Both the position numbers and the translations under genes were made by a program. Positions 26,993 through 40,556 of a stretch of 64,000 nucleotides of DNA are shown here, piece after piece. Source of the DNA: Octopus sinensis (lineage: Eukaryota); contig NC_043002.1 in NCBI RefSeq assembly GCF_006345805.1, positions 40,424,001 through 40,488,000 on the forward strand, in the 5' to 3' direction. Below the pieces are notes generated by a model. It was not told the origin of the DNA. It did not search any database and saw only the letters and a program-made list of their open reading frames with translations. The stretch's first letter is position 1. Every line of letters begins with the position of its first letter.

Positions 26993-27509
26993 TATATATA
27001 TATGTATTTATTGTATAAAGGAATTAAAAAAGAAACTGTGTGCAGCAAAAATAGAAAAAACAAACATCATATGCCGCCAGAAGTGTGAATAAGAACTTGG
27101 AACAAAGAATGATATTATAAGAATTAATAAGATATTTTTTCTTTACTTTTAAATTCTTTTCTTTGTAAATTTTTCTTAGTTTTTTTAAATTTGTTTCCTT
27201 GTTTTTTTTTTTGTTTTAATATAAACCATTGCAACCATATATGGACAATAATTCACTGCCTTTGATTGATAATATTTAGCTGTGGCAGTTATTGTAATAC
27301 AATGAAAAAGTGTAAAAAAAAAAAAAAGAGAAAAAAGAAAAAAAGCCAAAAAGAGTAAATCTCTTAAACTCTTGCAACATATTCTGTTTTAGTTCAAGTA
27401 TGTGCGTCTCTGAAGTAGAGGTGATTTGGATGAGTTTGTGTGTGAAGTTCTCACTGAATTAAATTATAAATACATACACTTTTATTCCATATGCATACAT
27501 ATGTGTACT

Positions 27510-27756
27510 TCTGTGTGTGTATGTAAGTGTGGCTGTGTGTGTATGTATGTATATATATATACACACATACACATATATATGCATATATTCATGTATGTAT
27601 GTATGTGTGTGTATACATGAGTGTGTGTGTGTGTGTGTGTGTGTGTATGAGTGTGTGCATGTGCATGAGTGTGTGTGTATGTGTGTGTGTGTGTGTGTAT
27701 GTGTGAATATATGAGTGTGTGTATGTGTGAATATATGAGTGTGTGCATGTGCATGT
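27510..27756. repeat. (TG)/(TA) microsatellite
   Basis: Direct inspection. Confidence 0.95.
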
Positions 27757-28899
27757 CATTCATTTGTTAAATTGCTTATCATCCATTTTTCCATGCTAGC
27801 ATGGGTTGGGTGGGAATTGATTTTAAGGCAGGATTTTGTGTGGCCGGATACTCTTCCTGTTGCCAATCATCACCTATCTTTTTAGGTAAGAGATTATACA
27901 TACATATGTGTGCATAACATCAGAACATTTCTCCAATCACCTACATTTTTGCTTCAAATCTTGTCTCATTTTCTCTCATCTCCTTCCCAAAATACTTAAT
28001 CACATCATCTTTCTAGCCTGCTGCTTTCATCTCTGATTCATTACCCATTGTTTAACAACCCTACTTTCATTCCACTTCCTACTACCAACCCCTTGAAGTT
28101 ACACCATCCTCACTCACTCTTCCTGTCTTCTTATGCATGCTATCCTCAAATCCACCCTTTCTCAAATCAGCATCTTTAACTGTGACCTTTCCATGGCTCT
28201 GCTCCACTTGTCACTCACACCTTGCTTAGCCCATCTTCTACTTCATTCACCATCTTAACTAGTGGCGTCTTGACCTCCTCACCTCCATTAAGGTAGGCAG
28301 ATCCGACTTGTTACCCCATCCCAGCCCTCCAGCAGCCATCATACTTTCCCACTCACCTTCTATCAATCTTACTTTCACTTCTCACTCTCCAACTTCTCTG
28401 CTTCCCTCTTCTCATTCCACCACACACCCTTTTCATTCCACCCCTATCACACACTCACCACCATTGTCATCCAACACTCATCCTCTTCATCCCACCTCTA
28501 TCACCTTCTCTTCCTGCCCACATGCCCATTATTATCCCCTCCCTTCTTGTTAGCCAATCATCCTTCTGGGTCAGGATCTGTGTTTCATATTGTGGACAAT
28601 CTCCTGTGATGAATTGTGAACCTGAACTGAAGTTGAACGGTTCTTATGCTGCCTGAAACTGAGCTCACTTTGCAACAGCTCTCTTTCTACACTGAACAAT
28701 TTTGATTGCTTTGTAGATCTGAGCCATTGACTATCTACTGAACCCTAAGCCCATACCAGACCAACACTCTAGAGTGCTTTGTTAAGGCCTGCTGCTGCAC
28801 ATTAGACTGCCGTAATTTTTCAGAAGATCAAAATGCTTTACCGGTCTACAACCACCCTCTTAAACTGCCCTCTACCTTCTGGTACCATCTGCTGTCAAC

Positions 28900-29505
28900 A
28901 ATGCATCTCCACCAATTGTCAACACATCACTTCCTCCAACCTACTTCTACCACCATTAACCTCATCAATTGTACACTTTACACTTTCACCATTTACTTTT
29001 CTCCCCCCAGGTACACAAACCCAACAACCTTAGCTTCCCAGTTACCTTTGTCTGCAATCGTCTTACAGAGCTTATCTTTACCTAAATTGACACCTTATTC
29101 TTCCCTCATGTCTGCGTTTCCTTCCCACATCCCTGACACCAACAATGCCTTCGACCCCTTCAACTCCTTCACTTTCCCTACCCCTGCATTCTTTTCATCA
29201 TGGACATCATTTCTTTATATACCATCAACTCTCGTGGTAAGGATCTCTATGCTTTGTGTCAATTTCCTGACCTCTGCATCACTTTTCATCCTAGCAACTC
29301 TACTCTCCTTTACCTGTTTGAACCTCTACTTATCTTTGACAGTTTTTCTTTCATGGGGTATACCTATCAACAGTTTACTGGAGTTACAATGGACACAAGA
29401 ATGGGCCCCAATGAGGCCAACTAATTTGTTGGCTATGTTAACCTCTGAATATTTCCCCAGTTCCCTGATCCCACTTCAGAATTATAAGGCCATTATGATG
29501 TAGAC
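28900..29505 (+). mobile_element. Penelope-like retroelement RT fragment
   Basis: PSHIPDTNN, MDIISLYTIN (cf. MDVxSLYTNIP) and YQQFTGVTMDTRMGPNEAN (cf. QxxGxAMGTRMAPSYAN). The pyrimidine-rich upstream 27900-28900 may belong to the same element. Confidence 0.8.
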
Positions 29506-29599
29506 TGTGTCAGCACCACCCCTTTCGTCTGTGAAAATATTAACATTCCTAAGCACAGAGTGTTTATTTTGCTGGATCTCTTTTTCCTCCTTATCATTA

Positions 29600-29912
29600 T
29601 CCTCCTTTTACTCACACACAAACACACACATATATATATGTATGTGTGTATATATATATATGTATATATATATATGTATATATATGTGTGTGTGCATATA
29701 TGTATATATATATATATATATATATAAGGATTTTATCCTTTATATATATATACTGTTCAGTATCTATGCGTTGAATAAAATTCATCTTTCTACTTGGTCT
29801 ACACTGTATATATATATATATATATATCTACATACATGCATAAAGACATACATATACATACATATGTACGTACATACATAAATACATGTATTCATACATA
29901 CATATATATATA
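29600..29912. repeat. (TA)/(TG)/(TACA) microsatellite
   Basis: Direct inspection. Confidence 0.93.
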
Positions 29913-30593
29913 ATCATTGGCAGGCTGTATACAGTATTTGAAGGACAGAAAGGAAAATGGAATATGATATGAAATAGACAGTACCTGAAAGAACCAAAGT
30001 CCTATACAAATGAAACCAAGAAGTGTAGCCTCTGATGGATGAAATACAAAATTCTACAAAGCTTTAATGATCAGAATATGTGTCTCACATGGACCAATAC
30101 ATACCAGCCAACTGGAAAGCCAGCTTCTGGGCTACATGTCTATATTGGGAATTACATTACTATAAATGATACTTTTTTATGTTTTGTTTCTTTCTTTTCT
30201 CCTTCTCACTTCCCTTTCTTTTTTTTCTTTTAGCCACCTCTGCAATTTTTTTTTATTCTTTCTCTATTTTCTTTTTGTTCTGTTTCTTTAAATTCTCTCT
30301 TTAACACCTTTTAAAATTATCTATCATAGTCTGGATGGAATTTATTGAGATAGATTTTCAATGGTCAGATGTCCTACCTGTTGTTGACCCTCACCTGTTT
30401 CCAAGTAATGTAATATTTCCCCATGGCCAAAGATGTTTTCACAGAATTTTGGAAATACACACACACAAATTAATAAAATTTGCATTAAATTTTTTTCAAC
30501 ACACATACACACACTAATTATTTGTATTGTGTAATTTTTTCTTTACAAAGGCACAAAGCTAATGATTTCTAAACATCACACTTTTAGCTTTAT

Positions 30594-30814
30594 CCCTTTC
30601 ATTACCGTATTTATTTTGAGATGCTCTGTGTTTCTTTCAATTATTTTAAAGTTAACAAAGAATTTTGTAAAATAACTTAGTTATCATTCAGTTAGTGTTA
30701 GGAATATAAATTGTGACTAAGGTTTGGTGGAAGATTTTAATTCAAAACTTATGAAAACAAAACATTTGTACTACAGAGCCAGAGCCAGTTTCAGCCAGGT
30801 TGGTATCAAAAGGG
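30594..30814. mobile_element. piggyBac-type MITE
   Basis: Termini ccctttcattacc...ggtatcaaaaggg flanked by TTAT (degenerate TTAA). Confidence 0.6.
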
Positions 30815-31929
30815 TTATACAAATAGGATAGTAGCAAGATGGCAGAATCGTTAGCAACCCAGGCAAAATGCTTAACAACCTTTTGTCTGTCTTGATGTTC
30901 TGAGGCTGATAACATAAGTACCAGTTTAGCACTAGTACTTATTTTATCAACTTAATCCCTCCCATGGAATTCTGTCAAAATTTGAAACTAGTATTATACA
31001 AATAGTAACAATACTTAACTTATTTGAACTGACTCCAGCATGTAATTTTTTTCTATTATTTCAAAAAGATGAAAACAAAATTGATGTCAGTGAAGTTTGA
31101 TCTCAGTCACCAAAAGAACAAAACTCAATATAGTTGTATATTTCATCCATTTTCTGAATGCCTTGTACAAATATTGATTTGTAATATAAGCACAAAGCTA
31201 GAGATTTGTGGATAAGGTATAGTTTAATCACTACCAGTATTTAAGTGGGACTTATTTTATCAATTCATGCAGAATGAAAAAGGACTGAAAGTGTAATTAG
31301 AAGGTAGAATGTAATGGGATATAATTAAAATTTAACCGTTGCTCTGTTGGTTCTGCCAAACACCACTCTTTCAATATAGTATAAACATAAACTTTACTTA
31401 GATAAACAGTTCTTCATCTATCCATATACAACTTCAGCCAGGCTATCAGATGTGATTTATACATCACTGGTTGCAATGCATTACCTTGCTTTGTTCATCA
31501 TCGGCATCATCATCATTTAATGTCTGTTTTCCATAGGTTAGAGTGTAATGGCCGTCAAATAATGCCACCACACTTGGTAAGTGGGCAGGCCAACATTCCA
31601 CCTGAACAGATACCAGTCCTTTACAGGGTTACCCATTTACAGCTGAGTGGACTTGAGTAACACGAAATGAAGCGTTTTTGCTTAAAAACACAATGCACCA
31701 CTCACCTAGGAATTGAAACCATAATCATGCAATTGTGAGTACAACACTCTAACCACTAAATCGCGTACAATCATATATATGAACATATATGTATACATAT
31801 ACACACATAACAAATGCACAGATGGATAAATTTATGAGCCACATAAAAAGCACTTTTGCCAGAGTCGCATAAAAAGCACCTGTGCTGGGTCGTATGAAAA
31901 GCACTTGTGCTGGTGCCATGTAAAAACCA

Positions 31930-32266
31930 CAGTCGAACCAATTCTACTATATGGCTCAGAAACCTGGACGTTATCAAAGAAGCTTGAGAGGCTGTTGGAT
32001 GGAACTTACACTCGCCTCCTTATGAAAGGTAGAAGAATCCAGTTTGCTGGACATTGTTGTAGAGCTGAAAACGAGGTAATTTCTGCTCTTCTCCTCTGGA
32101 AGCCATCTACTCGCGATACCAAAGGGCACACACTCTCCTACCCTGATGTAATCTCCAGGAATACAGGCATCCAGCAACAGGACCTCCGTAATGCTATGAT
32201 GAACTGTGAAGCCTGGCGTAGCATAGTAAATTCCATTGTCTCGACCACGGTCGAACAATGATGATG
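31930..32266 (+). mobile_element. Short 5'-truncated RTE-like LINE insertion with (TGA)n tail
   Basis: VEPILLYGSETWTLSKKLERLLDGTYTRLL...IQFAGHC...; 8-bp TSD aaaaacca at 31922-31929 and 32267-32274; nested in another RTE 3'-UTR-derived repeat (about 31830-32467). Confidence 0.88.
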
Positions 32267-32496
32267 AAAAACCATCTGTGACAGTACCATATAAAAAGCT
32301 CCCAACACATTGTAAAGTGGGTGGCATTATGAAGGGAATCCAACCATAGAAACCAGGACAAATGAGACTGGCACCTCATTCACCTCTCCAGCTTGCCAGC
32401 TCTGGTCAACCTGTTCGACCCATGCTAGCATAGAAAATGGACATCAAATAATGATGATGATGATGATACATATTATATTATATTATATCATATTAT

Positions 32497-32532
<36 letters not shown>

Positions 32533-32902
32533 GCATATAGATACATAACAAACACACACACACACACATAAAATTCTCACTTGAATGAAAGATTTTAATA
32601 CACGTTTTCTTACCAAATGTTGGTTTTGACAGTTAAATGTGTTTTATATCAATATAAGAGATGTCTCGACTCTTATGTTAATATATAAATATAAGAGTTA
32701 TCTTATGGTGACAGAACCCCAAAGTCAAACTTTCTTCTGCTAAGAATAATGTAGTATTAAAAAAAGATAATATAACAAGATTTCATATGAACACCAAATC
32801 CATGAACATAAGTTATGGTAGCATGAAAAATTGCACAAATTATTAAGTTAATTTTTGACATTAAAAAAAGTCTTCACATTTTCCCTTTAAATACAATCTT
32901 AA

Positions 32903-33123
32903 CACTTCAGCATTTAAACTGACTCATATCCAGCCCAAATATTCTGCTTGTTTTATGTTCAAACTGGCCAGATCCAGTCTCTCTCACCTAACCTACAATG
33001 TCATTTTGAGAATAAATAATCATATCATTGATATCTCAAAGATACAAGACCATGCATAAGTATTTCAAAACAATGTGAATAAATATGTATTACATTTGAC
33101 AGAATAATGTGAATTCCGAAGGG
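32903..33123. mobile_element. piggyBac-type MITE
   Basis: TTAA|cacttcagcattta...tgaattccgaaggg|TTAA. Confidence 0.65.
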
Positions 33124-33274
33124 TTAACATACAAAGTACCTGTTAAACTTGTTCCTGTTTATTTTATGAAAGAAATTATCTTCTTCATTTGGATCACAAA
33201 AAAAAACTGCTTATTTTTGTACCACTATCCATTTTTATTTATTTATTTTTCCAATATAGATACGGGTATAGATA

Positions 33275-33590
33275 TAGTTAAGTTGCTTCCTTTGCAACCA
33301 TGTGGTTTCAGGTTTAGACCCACTGCATGACACCTTGGGCAGGTGTCTTCCACTATGGCCTTGGGCACTGTAAATGAATTTAGCAGATAGAAATTGTGTG
33401 CGTGTGTGGTGTGTGTGTGTATCTTGTGTTTGTCTCCATCACTGCTTGACAACCATGTTAGTTTGTTTACAGCCCCATAACTTAGCAGTTTGATAAAAGA
33501 GTACTGGAGTTGATGTGTTCGACTAAACCCTTTATGGCAGTGCCATAGCATGGCTACAGTCCAGTGAGTTAAATAAATAAATGACAAAAG
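33275..33590 (+). mobile_element. SINE family C (CORE-like domain)
   Basis: caaccatgtggtttcaggtt...caccttgggcaggtgtcttc CORE-like motif, internal (TG)n and shared tail. Other copies 45055-45215(+), 45470-45843(-), 58690-58800(-), 59395-59765(-), 62340-62780(+), 63845-63990(-). Confidence 0.8.
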
Positions 33591-33919
33591 AAAGATACTC
33601 ATTGTATCTTTACAATTTATTCTTTAGCCTTGATTTTATTTTGTTTTGTTGTTTCATATCTATTTATCTTAGTAAAATGGTAAAATGGCTGTGATATTCC
33701 TTTTGGGTTGAGACAAACGATTTTAAAGCTGGATGTCCTTCCTACTGCTAATGAATTAATTTCCTAATGTAGGAACAGAAGCTGTTCTCATTTGGATAAA
33801 CTGAAACAATAGTAGATTAATATGATTCAGACCTTAGTAGAACCAATAATGGTTATGTGATGTTCTGAACCCATGACTATGAGGTTAATAATGTATTATC
33901 TCCATCTATCTGACTATCT

Positions 33920-34225
33920 TCTGTGCTTACCATTCCTGGGAAGGTCATGAGGGTAGAGTCCTCAGGCAATTGCTCCACAGGGTTCTGTCAGAAGCAACTG
34001 TCATAATACTTTCCAGATGGATTCCCAAGCAAAACCAACTGAGACTAAGGATATTACCCAACCATTTCATTCTTAGTCTACTCCTAGGTCTCCTGCTGGC
34101 TGGCATGACTTGAAGAATCTGTCTGGTGGTTCTTTCCTGCAACATTCTAATCACATGTCTGTAGTGCCAGAGCTGTGACTTCTCAGAGACAACCTTTAGG
34201 CTCAACCTGAAGACAGACCTCATCT
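33920..34225 (-). mobile_element. RTE LINE C-terminal fragment
   Basis: QLWHYRHVIRM...RRPRSRLRMKWLGNI...SDRTLW resembles the RTE 'LRWFGHVxRM...RPRGRPRxRW...DRxxW' terminus. Confidence 0.75.
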
Positions 34226-34289
34226 TTGAGCTATGTTGTGCTTCAGTTTAACACAGAAAATGTATTAGCTGTGGCATTAACTACTAAAG

Positions 34290-34490
34290 CAGTGCTTTTC
34301 AAAATTTTTGCTGGAGCGGAACCCCAACGAAACATTCCACTGGCTCGAGGAACCCCTGTGCAATAATTTAATAGTCTTATGCACACATATCTGCACAGGA
34401 GAATTAAAAATTACTGCCGATTTTAGCAGTTTTGTAACATCTTGCGGAACCCCTGGACTGTACTGGCAGAACCCTGGTTGAAAACCACTG
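34290..34490. mobile_element. hAT (Charlie-like) MITE, 201 bp
   Basis: TIRs CAGTGCTTTTCAA / TTGAAAACCACTG; perfect 8-bp TSD tactaaag (34282-34289, 34491-34498); internal ggaacccc subrepeats. Confidence 0.93.
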
Positions 34491-36374
34491 TACTAAAGTA
34501 TCAATTCAATAGGTTGCTCAGAGAAAACTAACTTAAGCACTGCTGTTACATCATAAAAAATAAAAGAATCTGAATCATATTTAAATGATTAAATCTAAAA
34601 GGAAGATGAAAGAGGAAGATATGCTTGACATCTCACTATGTAAAGGACTTATTTCAAGTGAAGTTTGGATCTTGAAGTTGCTTTGTCAATTGAATAAACT
34701 CGAAAATAACTTTTAATGGAATTAACTTCATACCAATATTCAAACATTACTTTTATCAGAAATAATAGTGAGTTAACTTTAGAAAAAAAAATTGGCTTGC
34801 TCAGTAGGAAGTGGTTATGCCCAAGGCCTTCTCAAGTCCTCAGAGATTGGTGAGATTGATGTGGTTAACGTTAGTCACTTATAGTTAAAATGCATAGAAG
34901 ATGAGAATTCCAGAGACCTGACATTCTGTGAGTAAAGGCTGGTCCTAGTAGTAGTTAGTGCAGAGCCTGGTGGTGGTGGTTTTGAGGGTGGACATAATAC
35001 AGATGATGTAAAGAGGGGAGATGAGTGAATTGGGAGTGCCTGAATCGAGGCAGCACAAGACCAGCCAGTTCTAAGGAACAGAGGTCACTAAAGTAATGAT
35101 GAAAAAGGCAAAGAGGAGACACCATGTCTGTGGCTCAAAGGTTAAAATGTGGAAGCAGTGACTTTTCTGTTTTTGATAAAATATATTGCTAGAATGTACA
35201 ACAAACTGTGGTCTCCAAACTCATTTATATCTGATCCACTTTGGCATTGACAGGGTAAAAATTGGTTAAATGGAGCGTGTGAGTGTGAACACTTTTACTA
35301 AGGCTGAATTGCAAGGGTAAAGATTGAATTTATCACTTCAAGCTAACACAACAGTTGTTCTCTAAAGACAATGAATATTTATAATAGTAAAGTGTATTTA
35401 GTATTTATTACACTGATAGACAGACTGCATAAGAAAGAGGATGTCTTGGTCACAGAGCAGTGCTGATATGATATGACTGCTGATTCTTTGGCATCTATCA
35501 ACTTGGTCAGATGCAATTCTTTAATTCAAAGGACCATACAGCAGCTGTATCATTTTGCCTAATAAACTCCCCCACCCCTACAAATGATAATATCTTCCCT
35601 GTTCATTTCTGGGTTTTCATCAATGGAGAAATTTATCTTTGAATGTTGCTTGCAATTTTTGATATTTTTAAAAACTTGAAATAATGTTTTTGAAGTTATA
35701 AAAGAGCATAGAGGTTATATGGGAAATTCTAATGTTTATCTACTGACATATGTGAAATAGTTACAGCCAGAAATTGAAGCAGCAGAGTCATAGGCTTCAC
35801 TGAATGATACTTCTTGCAACATTTGGATTATTCTGGCCAACCAAAAACAAAACTTCTATTGGAGTGGGTTATAATCTAATGGACTGAATTCAGTATATTT
35901 TCAGCATTTATCTTATCAACCCTGGTAGGGTTTCAATTCAGAATGTAAATGAAGGAAAACAATACCTTAGGTGATTTACTTCAGCACTTCATTTATGCCA
36001 ACTCACAGCACTTGCAATTTCAGTATTGTATGTCTAAAGCACACCATCTTGTTGCTGGATTGAATGTATGAACTTCGTATACTAAATATCTTTACCATAT
36101 TGCCATCTTTACATAGTGTGTATGTGCATGCATGAATATGTGAAATAAACATTACTTATCCAAGTGCAAAAAAAAACCAAAAAAAAAAAAACAAAAGACG
36201 ATTGTTCATCAGAAGGACAGCACTCTAAATACAAGTAAAAATTTTGATTTTGAAAATTTTTTTAAATAAAATTTATTCCTTTCAAATTCTGTATTTTGAG
36301 TTATATCATATAAAATGAATATATTTATAGGATACTTTATATATATGTATATACATACATATATATGTGCATGA

Positions 36375-36444
<70 letters not shown>

Positions 36445-37198
36445 GCATATATATATGCATACATATATACATGTAGAAATACACACACACATACACATGC
36501 AATAAACAGTTTTTATTTTAAATGATGGTTGATTTGTTAATCAAGGTTAAATAATGATCATTGTTAACGTAGAGGACACTCTATATCAGTTGCATTATCA
36601 GATTGCAGCATAACCACAGCAGAATGGTCGAAACCAGTAAAAGAGTATGTGTGTGTGTATATATATATACGCACATATTTATATACATACACACCCTTTT
36701 TTTATTGGGAGTGGTGGATAGGTGTGCATATGTATTTCATGTATGTGTGTGTTTAAATTGATAGATATGATGTTTAAATATTTAAAAAAATAATGAGATA
36801 AAAAATAATTTATGGGCACAAATAGTTTGTGAACCACAGAAAATAGTTGTTCAATGACAAATCTGAAAACTATGATTAGAAGTATGTGTGAGTTTGTGTA
36901 TGTACATGTGGGTATATATGTATGTTTTTTGTGCATGAGCATGTGTGTGTGTAGATATGTGTATGTTTTAGAGGAAGTCAAGCAAGGCAGGATTCTAATA
37001 TAAATGAGACTCAGATTTTGTTTGTTGTAAATACTAATTTTTGCTTAATTGAAGAAGATATCATTTCTTAACAAACTCAACAGGTTGCCAGCAATTATTA
37101 GTAATTATAAATTAAGAGAATTAGCTAGCTAACTAGGTAGCTAGCAATTTATAAAAGAGAGATATTGAAACAAAGAAATATAGAGTTGGCATATTGGA

Positions 37199-37252
<54 letters not shown>

Positions 37253-37759
37253 TGTATGATGCGTGTTTGTGTGCATATATATATATATTATATGTATGTA
37301 TGATACGTGTTTGTGTGCATATATATATATATATACATACACACACACATATATATATAAGAAGTAGTCATTATTGGAAAGCTTTACATCATGAAAAAAA
37401 GAAAAAAGATGTAAAAAAAAAGAAATAATATTTAAAATATTTAAAAGGTTTTTTTTTTCACTGCAGATCAATATAATTTCCAGATATTTGATATTCTTTG
37501 CATAATTTTTCAGTGAATTAAAGTTTCACTGATATTCTGCACAAGAAAATGTACATGTTATTTATATATATATATCAAAGGGTTTGTTTTTGTTTTGTTT
37601 TCTTCAATTATGGATATAGCTTAGCATAGAAGTGAACTGAAAGATTCAGTGTGTCACCATTGCAAGTAAATGATGCAAGGTGGACGGAAAATGGGAAGGC
37701 TGTTGTATGGTTTTTTTTTTCAAAATGTTAGTAGAAAGAGATTCAAGTTGTTATTCCCT

Positions 37760-37963
37760 TCATTGTTCGGATGCAGGCAAAGATGTGATGGAAGAAATGG
37801 TTGGCTGTCTCATTAATGGTGGTTTTGGTTTTATGCTGTGTTTTTTCATGTAAGACAAGAACTGATCTGGTATTTCTTCAAGTACTTCTTTAGCCAAACG
37901 AGCTTGTATGGTCAAGGAATTATCTCCTTGATTACTAAATGTGAAATTCCTCATTGGAACAAA
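37760..37963 (-). CDS. CPNE8: Copine-8-like, terminal coding exon
   Basis: Acceptor ttccag|TTT; FVPMRNF...ARLAKEVLEEIPDQFLSYMKKHSIKPKPP...SEQ*, matching the copine C-terminus; phase 0. Confidence 0.93.
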   Translation of the reverse strand, partial: FVPMRNFTFSNQGDNSLTIQARLAKEVLEEIPDQFLSYMKKHSIKPKPPLMRQPTISSITSLPASEQ

Positions 37964-38899
37964 CTGGAAAACAGAATAAGGAAAAATAAATATGAATAAA
38001 AAAAGAATATGAATTAGAATATCCAACTTAACTTGGTTGTGTTGTGTATAATGCCTTAGCCTGCTGTAAACATCCCAAATTTTGTCAACCGACAATAGAA
38101 TTTTGTTGCTTTTTAGCATTCATCAATACAAAATGACTTTTGGGGATATCTACAGCATTATAAAAACATGCAATTTAACTTGGATGTGCTAATTAATACT
38201 TGTTACAAAAGCTGCTTCTGTTGTGAATAGATAAAACAAAAGGATGTTAAAAAAAAATATTTGCAATTTTTCAGAAAAGTATTTTGGAGGCCAGAAACAA
38301 AGAGGCAGCATTTTTATGTTAATTCCTTCATTTTCTCATTACCAGTTTAAAAAGGATACTTTTTTTTTTTTACAAAAAACTATTAAAGACAAAAATACCA
38401 CGTCATTTATTTATTCTCTCTTAAGCATACAGAAATGTGCAAATCTGTGTATGCATATAAATGTGCACTACCTACACATACATACACGCACGTTCCATTT
38501 GTCCGTAATTTTTTTTTCTTCAGTAAATAATACAGAGTGTCATAAATTATCGTTACAGCTTCCACAAGTTATTGTATCTATTGTTATGTGCAGCCAATTG
38601 AGCCCGAATAGGAGTATCCTGATGTTTCTAAAAAAACTTTATTTGTCTGCCTATATTTTCCAGTAAACTCTGCTGAGTTACTCTTATTTTTTTTTATTTG
38701 TTTCTGAGCTTTTCAAATTGTAAAGGTAATTTATGGACACTTTGTATACTGTATTTCATATCTACTTTTTTAACGATACAAAATTTAGTTTTTAATGTTG
38801 TGGTTGAAGGGAGGTTACTCTGCATGACTTCTTTCCCCTTGCTTCTTGATTGGATAATTTCGGCTCAGTATTGGAGGCTCATAAAACACTTGTCAAAGA

Positions 38900-40160
38900 A
38901 TCGGTAGAATGACGTAGAAAAATGCTGGGCGTAATTCCATCTTCTGAATTCAAACCCTTCTGAGATCGACCATGGAATTTCATTCTTCAATGCTCAAATT
39001 CTAGGCTTTGTTCCTATGTCAAAAACTACAATATTTACAATATTGCTAATATTTATAGTTAGGTGTTTATAATGCAGATGTTTCTTCTTCTTCTTCTTCT
39101 TCTTCTTCTTCTTCGTCGTCGTCGTCATCATCGTCGTCATCATCATCATCATCATCATTATTATTATTGTTGTTGTTGTTGTAGTGAGATGGCAGAATTG
39201 TTAGCATGCTTAGTGACATCTCATTTGTCTTTATGTTCTGAGTTTAAATTCCGCCGAGGTTGACTTTGCCTTTCATTCTTTAGGGGGTCAATAAAATAAG
39301 TACCAATTGAGCGCTGGATCCAATGTAACTGCATTGTCCCCTCTCCTAAAATATCTGACCTAGTACCAAAATTTGACCCCATTATCATTAGTATTATTAT
39401 CAAAGTTGCTTAAGGTGACAAGCTGGCTGAATATTTCTTTCCTTTCTTTACGTTTTGAGTTCAAATTTTGCCTTTCATTGTCTTGGGTTTGATAAAATAA
39501 AGTACCAGCCAAGTACTGGAGTTCATAGTATAAACGAACCATCTCCTTTCAAAACCACTGGCTTTATGTGTGAACCAGAGACCATTAAGTCAGCATGTGG
39601 TATTTCTTTTGGCTCTTTAAATTTCTGAGTTACAGCCTATATCAGACACCATTATATTATATAATACCCAGAGCAATGAATTGATAGAATTGTTGAAGCA
39701 TTAGACAAAGTGCCTTGCAGTATTCATATATGGTTCTTTACATTTTAAGTTCAAAATCTGCTGAGGTCAACTTTGCTTTTCATCCTTTCAAGGTGGGTTG
39801 ATAAATTAAAGTACCGGTGAAGTATTGAGATCAATGGTATTGAGTAAACCCTTTCCCCAAAATGCTGACCTTGTGCCAAAATCCGAAAGCCATTATTATT
39901 ATTATTATTGATTATTATTATTATTATTCTTGTTATTATTAATTATTATTATTAAATATCATTATTATTATTATTATATTAAATATTATTATTATTATTA
40001 TTTCACTTAATAAAAGGATGTTGGATGGAAGAACTGATGGTGAAATAGACCAACTGTTTTGCTGTATTTAGTTATGTACCTTCACTTTCTGAATTTAGAT
40101 ATTTTCAACTTTGTCTTTCATCTTTCCAATGTGGTTGATTAAATTGTAAGTACCAATCAC
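38900..40160 (+). mobile_element. Head-to-tail cluster of about 5-6 family A SINE copies separated by (ATT)n-type tails
   Basis: Repeated ctgagttcaaat...tttgcctttcatc...aagtacc units in the same orientation. Confidence 0.75.
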
Positions 40161-40482
40161 TTCACTTTTGAGTTACAATGCCTCCAAAGTTCATAGTTCC
40201 TCTATGAGCCTTAGTTTCTCCATATGATATTATGCTTCTATGTTTCAAAAAAGGATTTTCTGTGTATTTGATATTAGTTACTATGCCTCTCTGAATTACA
40301 ATGTCTCTAACAGTTACAGTTCCTCTATGAGTTACAGAATCTTCATATAGTATTATGCTTCTGTGTTTCAGAAAAGAATTTTCTGATTGTTTATTTGAGA
40401 TATCAAAAGTAAAATTCCAAAATAACAAGCATCAATAACATCAGGGAAATAACACACAATCAGTACAAGAAATATATCTCAC

Positions 40483-40556
40483 CTGAACGATATCTCTTTC
40501 AGCATATCTGCCCCGTGATGAAACTCTGACTTCATCTCCGTCTAAGATTTCCATAG
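40483..40556 (-). CDS. CPNE8: Copine-8-like exon (VWA)
   Basis: ccag|CT ATG...[24 protein letters not shown]|gtgaga; 74 nt, phase 1 to 0. Confidence 0.95.

Noticed and set aside
20928-27763. Many overlapping ORFs rich in Y/I/M/C/V/H/T (also 29507-29881, 36209-37471, 56267-56635)
   Set aside because: Translations of microsatellites, not genes.
36500-37759. Copine poly(A) signal candidates (minus-strand AATAAA at 36701-36706 and 36512-36517)
   Set aside because: The hexamer is common in AT-rich DNA; the true 3' end cannot be chosen without transcript data.
37964-38119. N-terminal part of the 119-aa ORF 37760..38119
   Set aside because: Intronic sequence upstream of the acceptor at 37964-37965; only 37760-37963 is coding.
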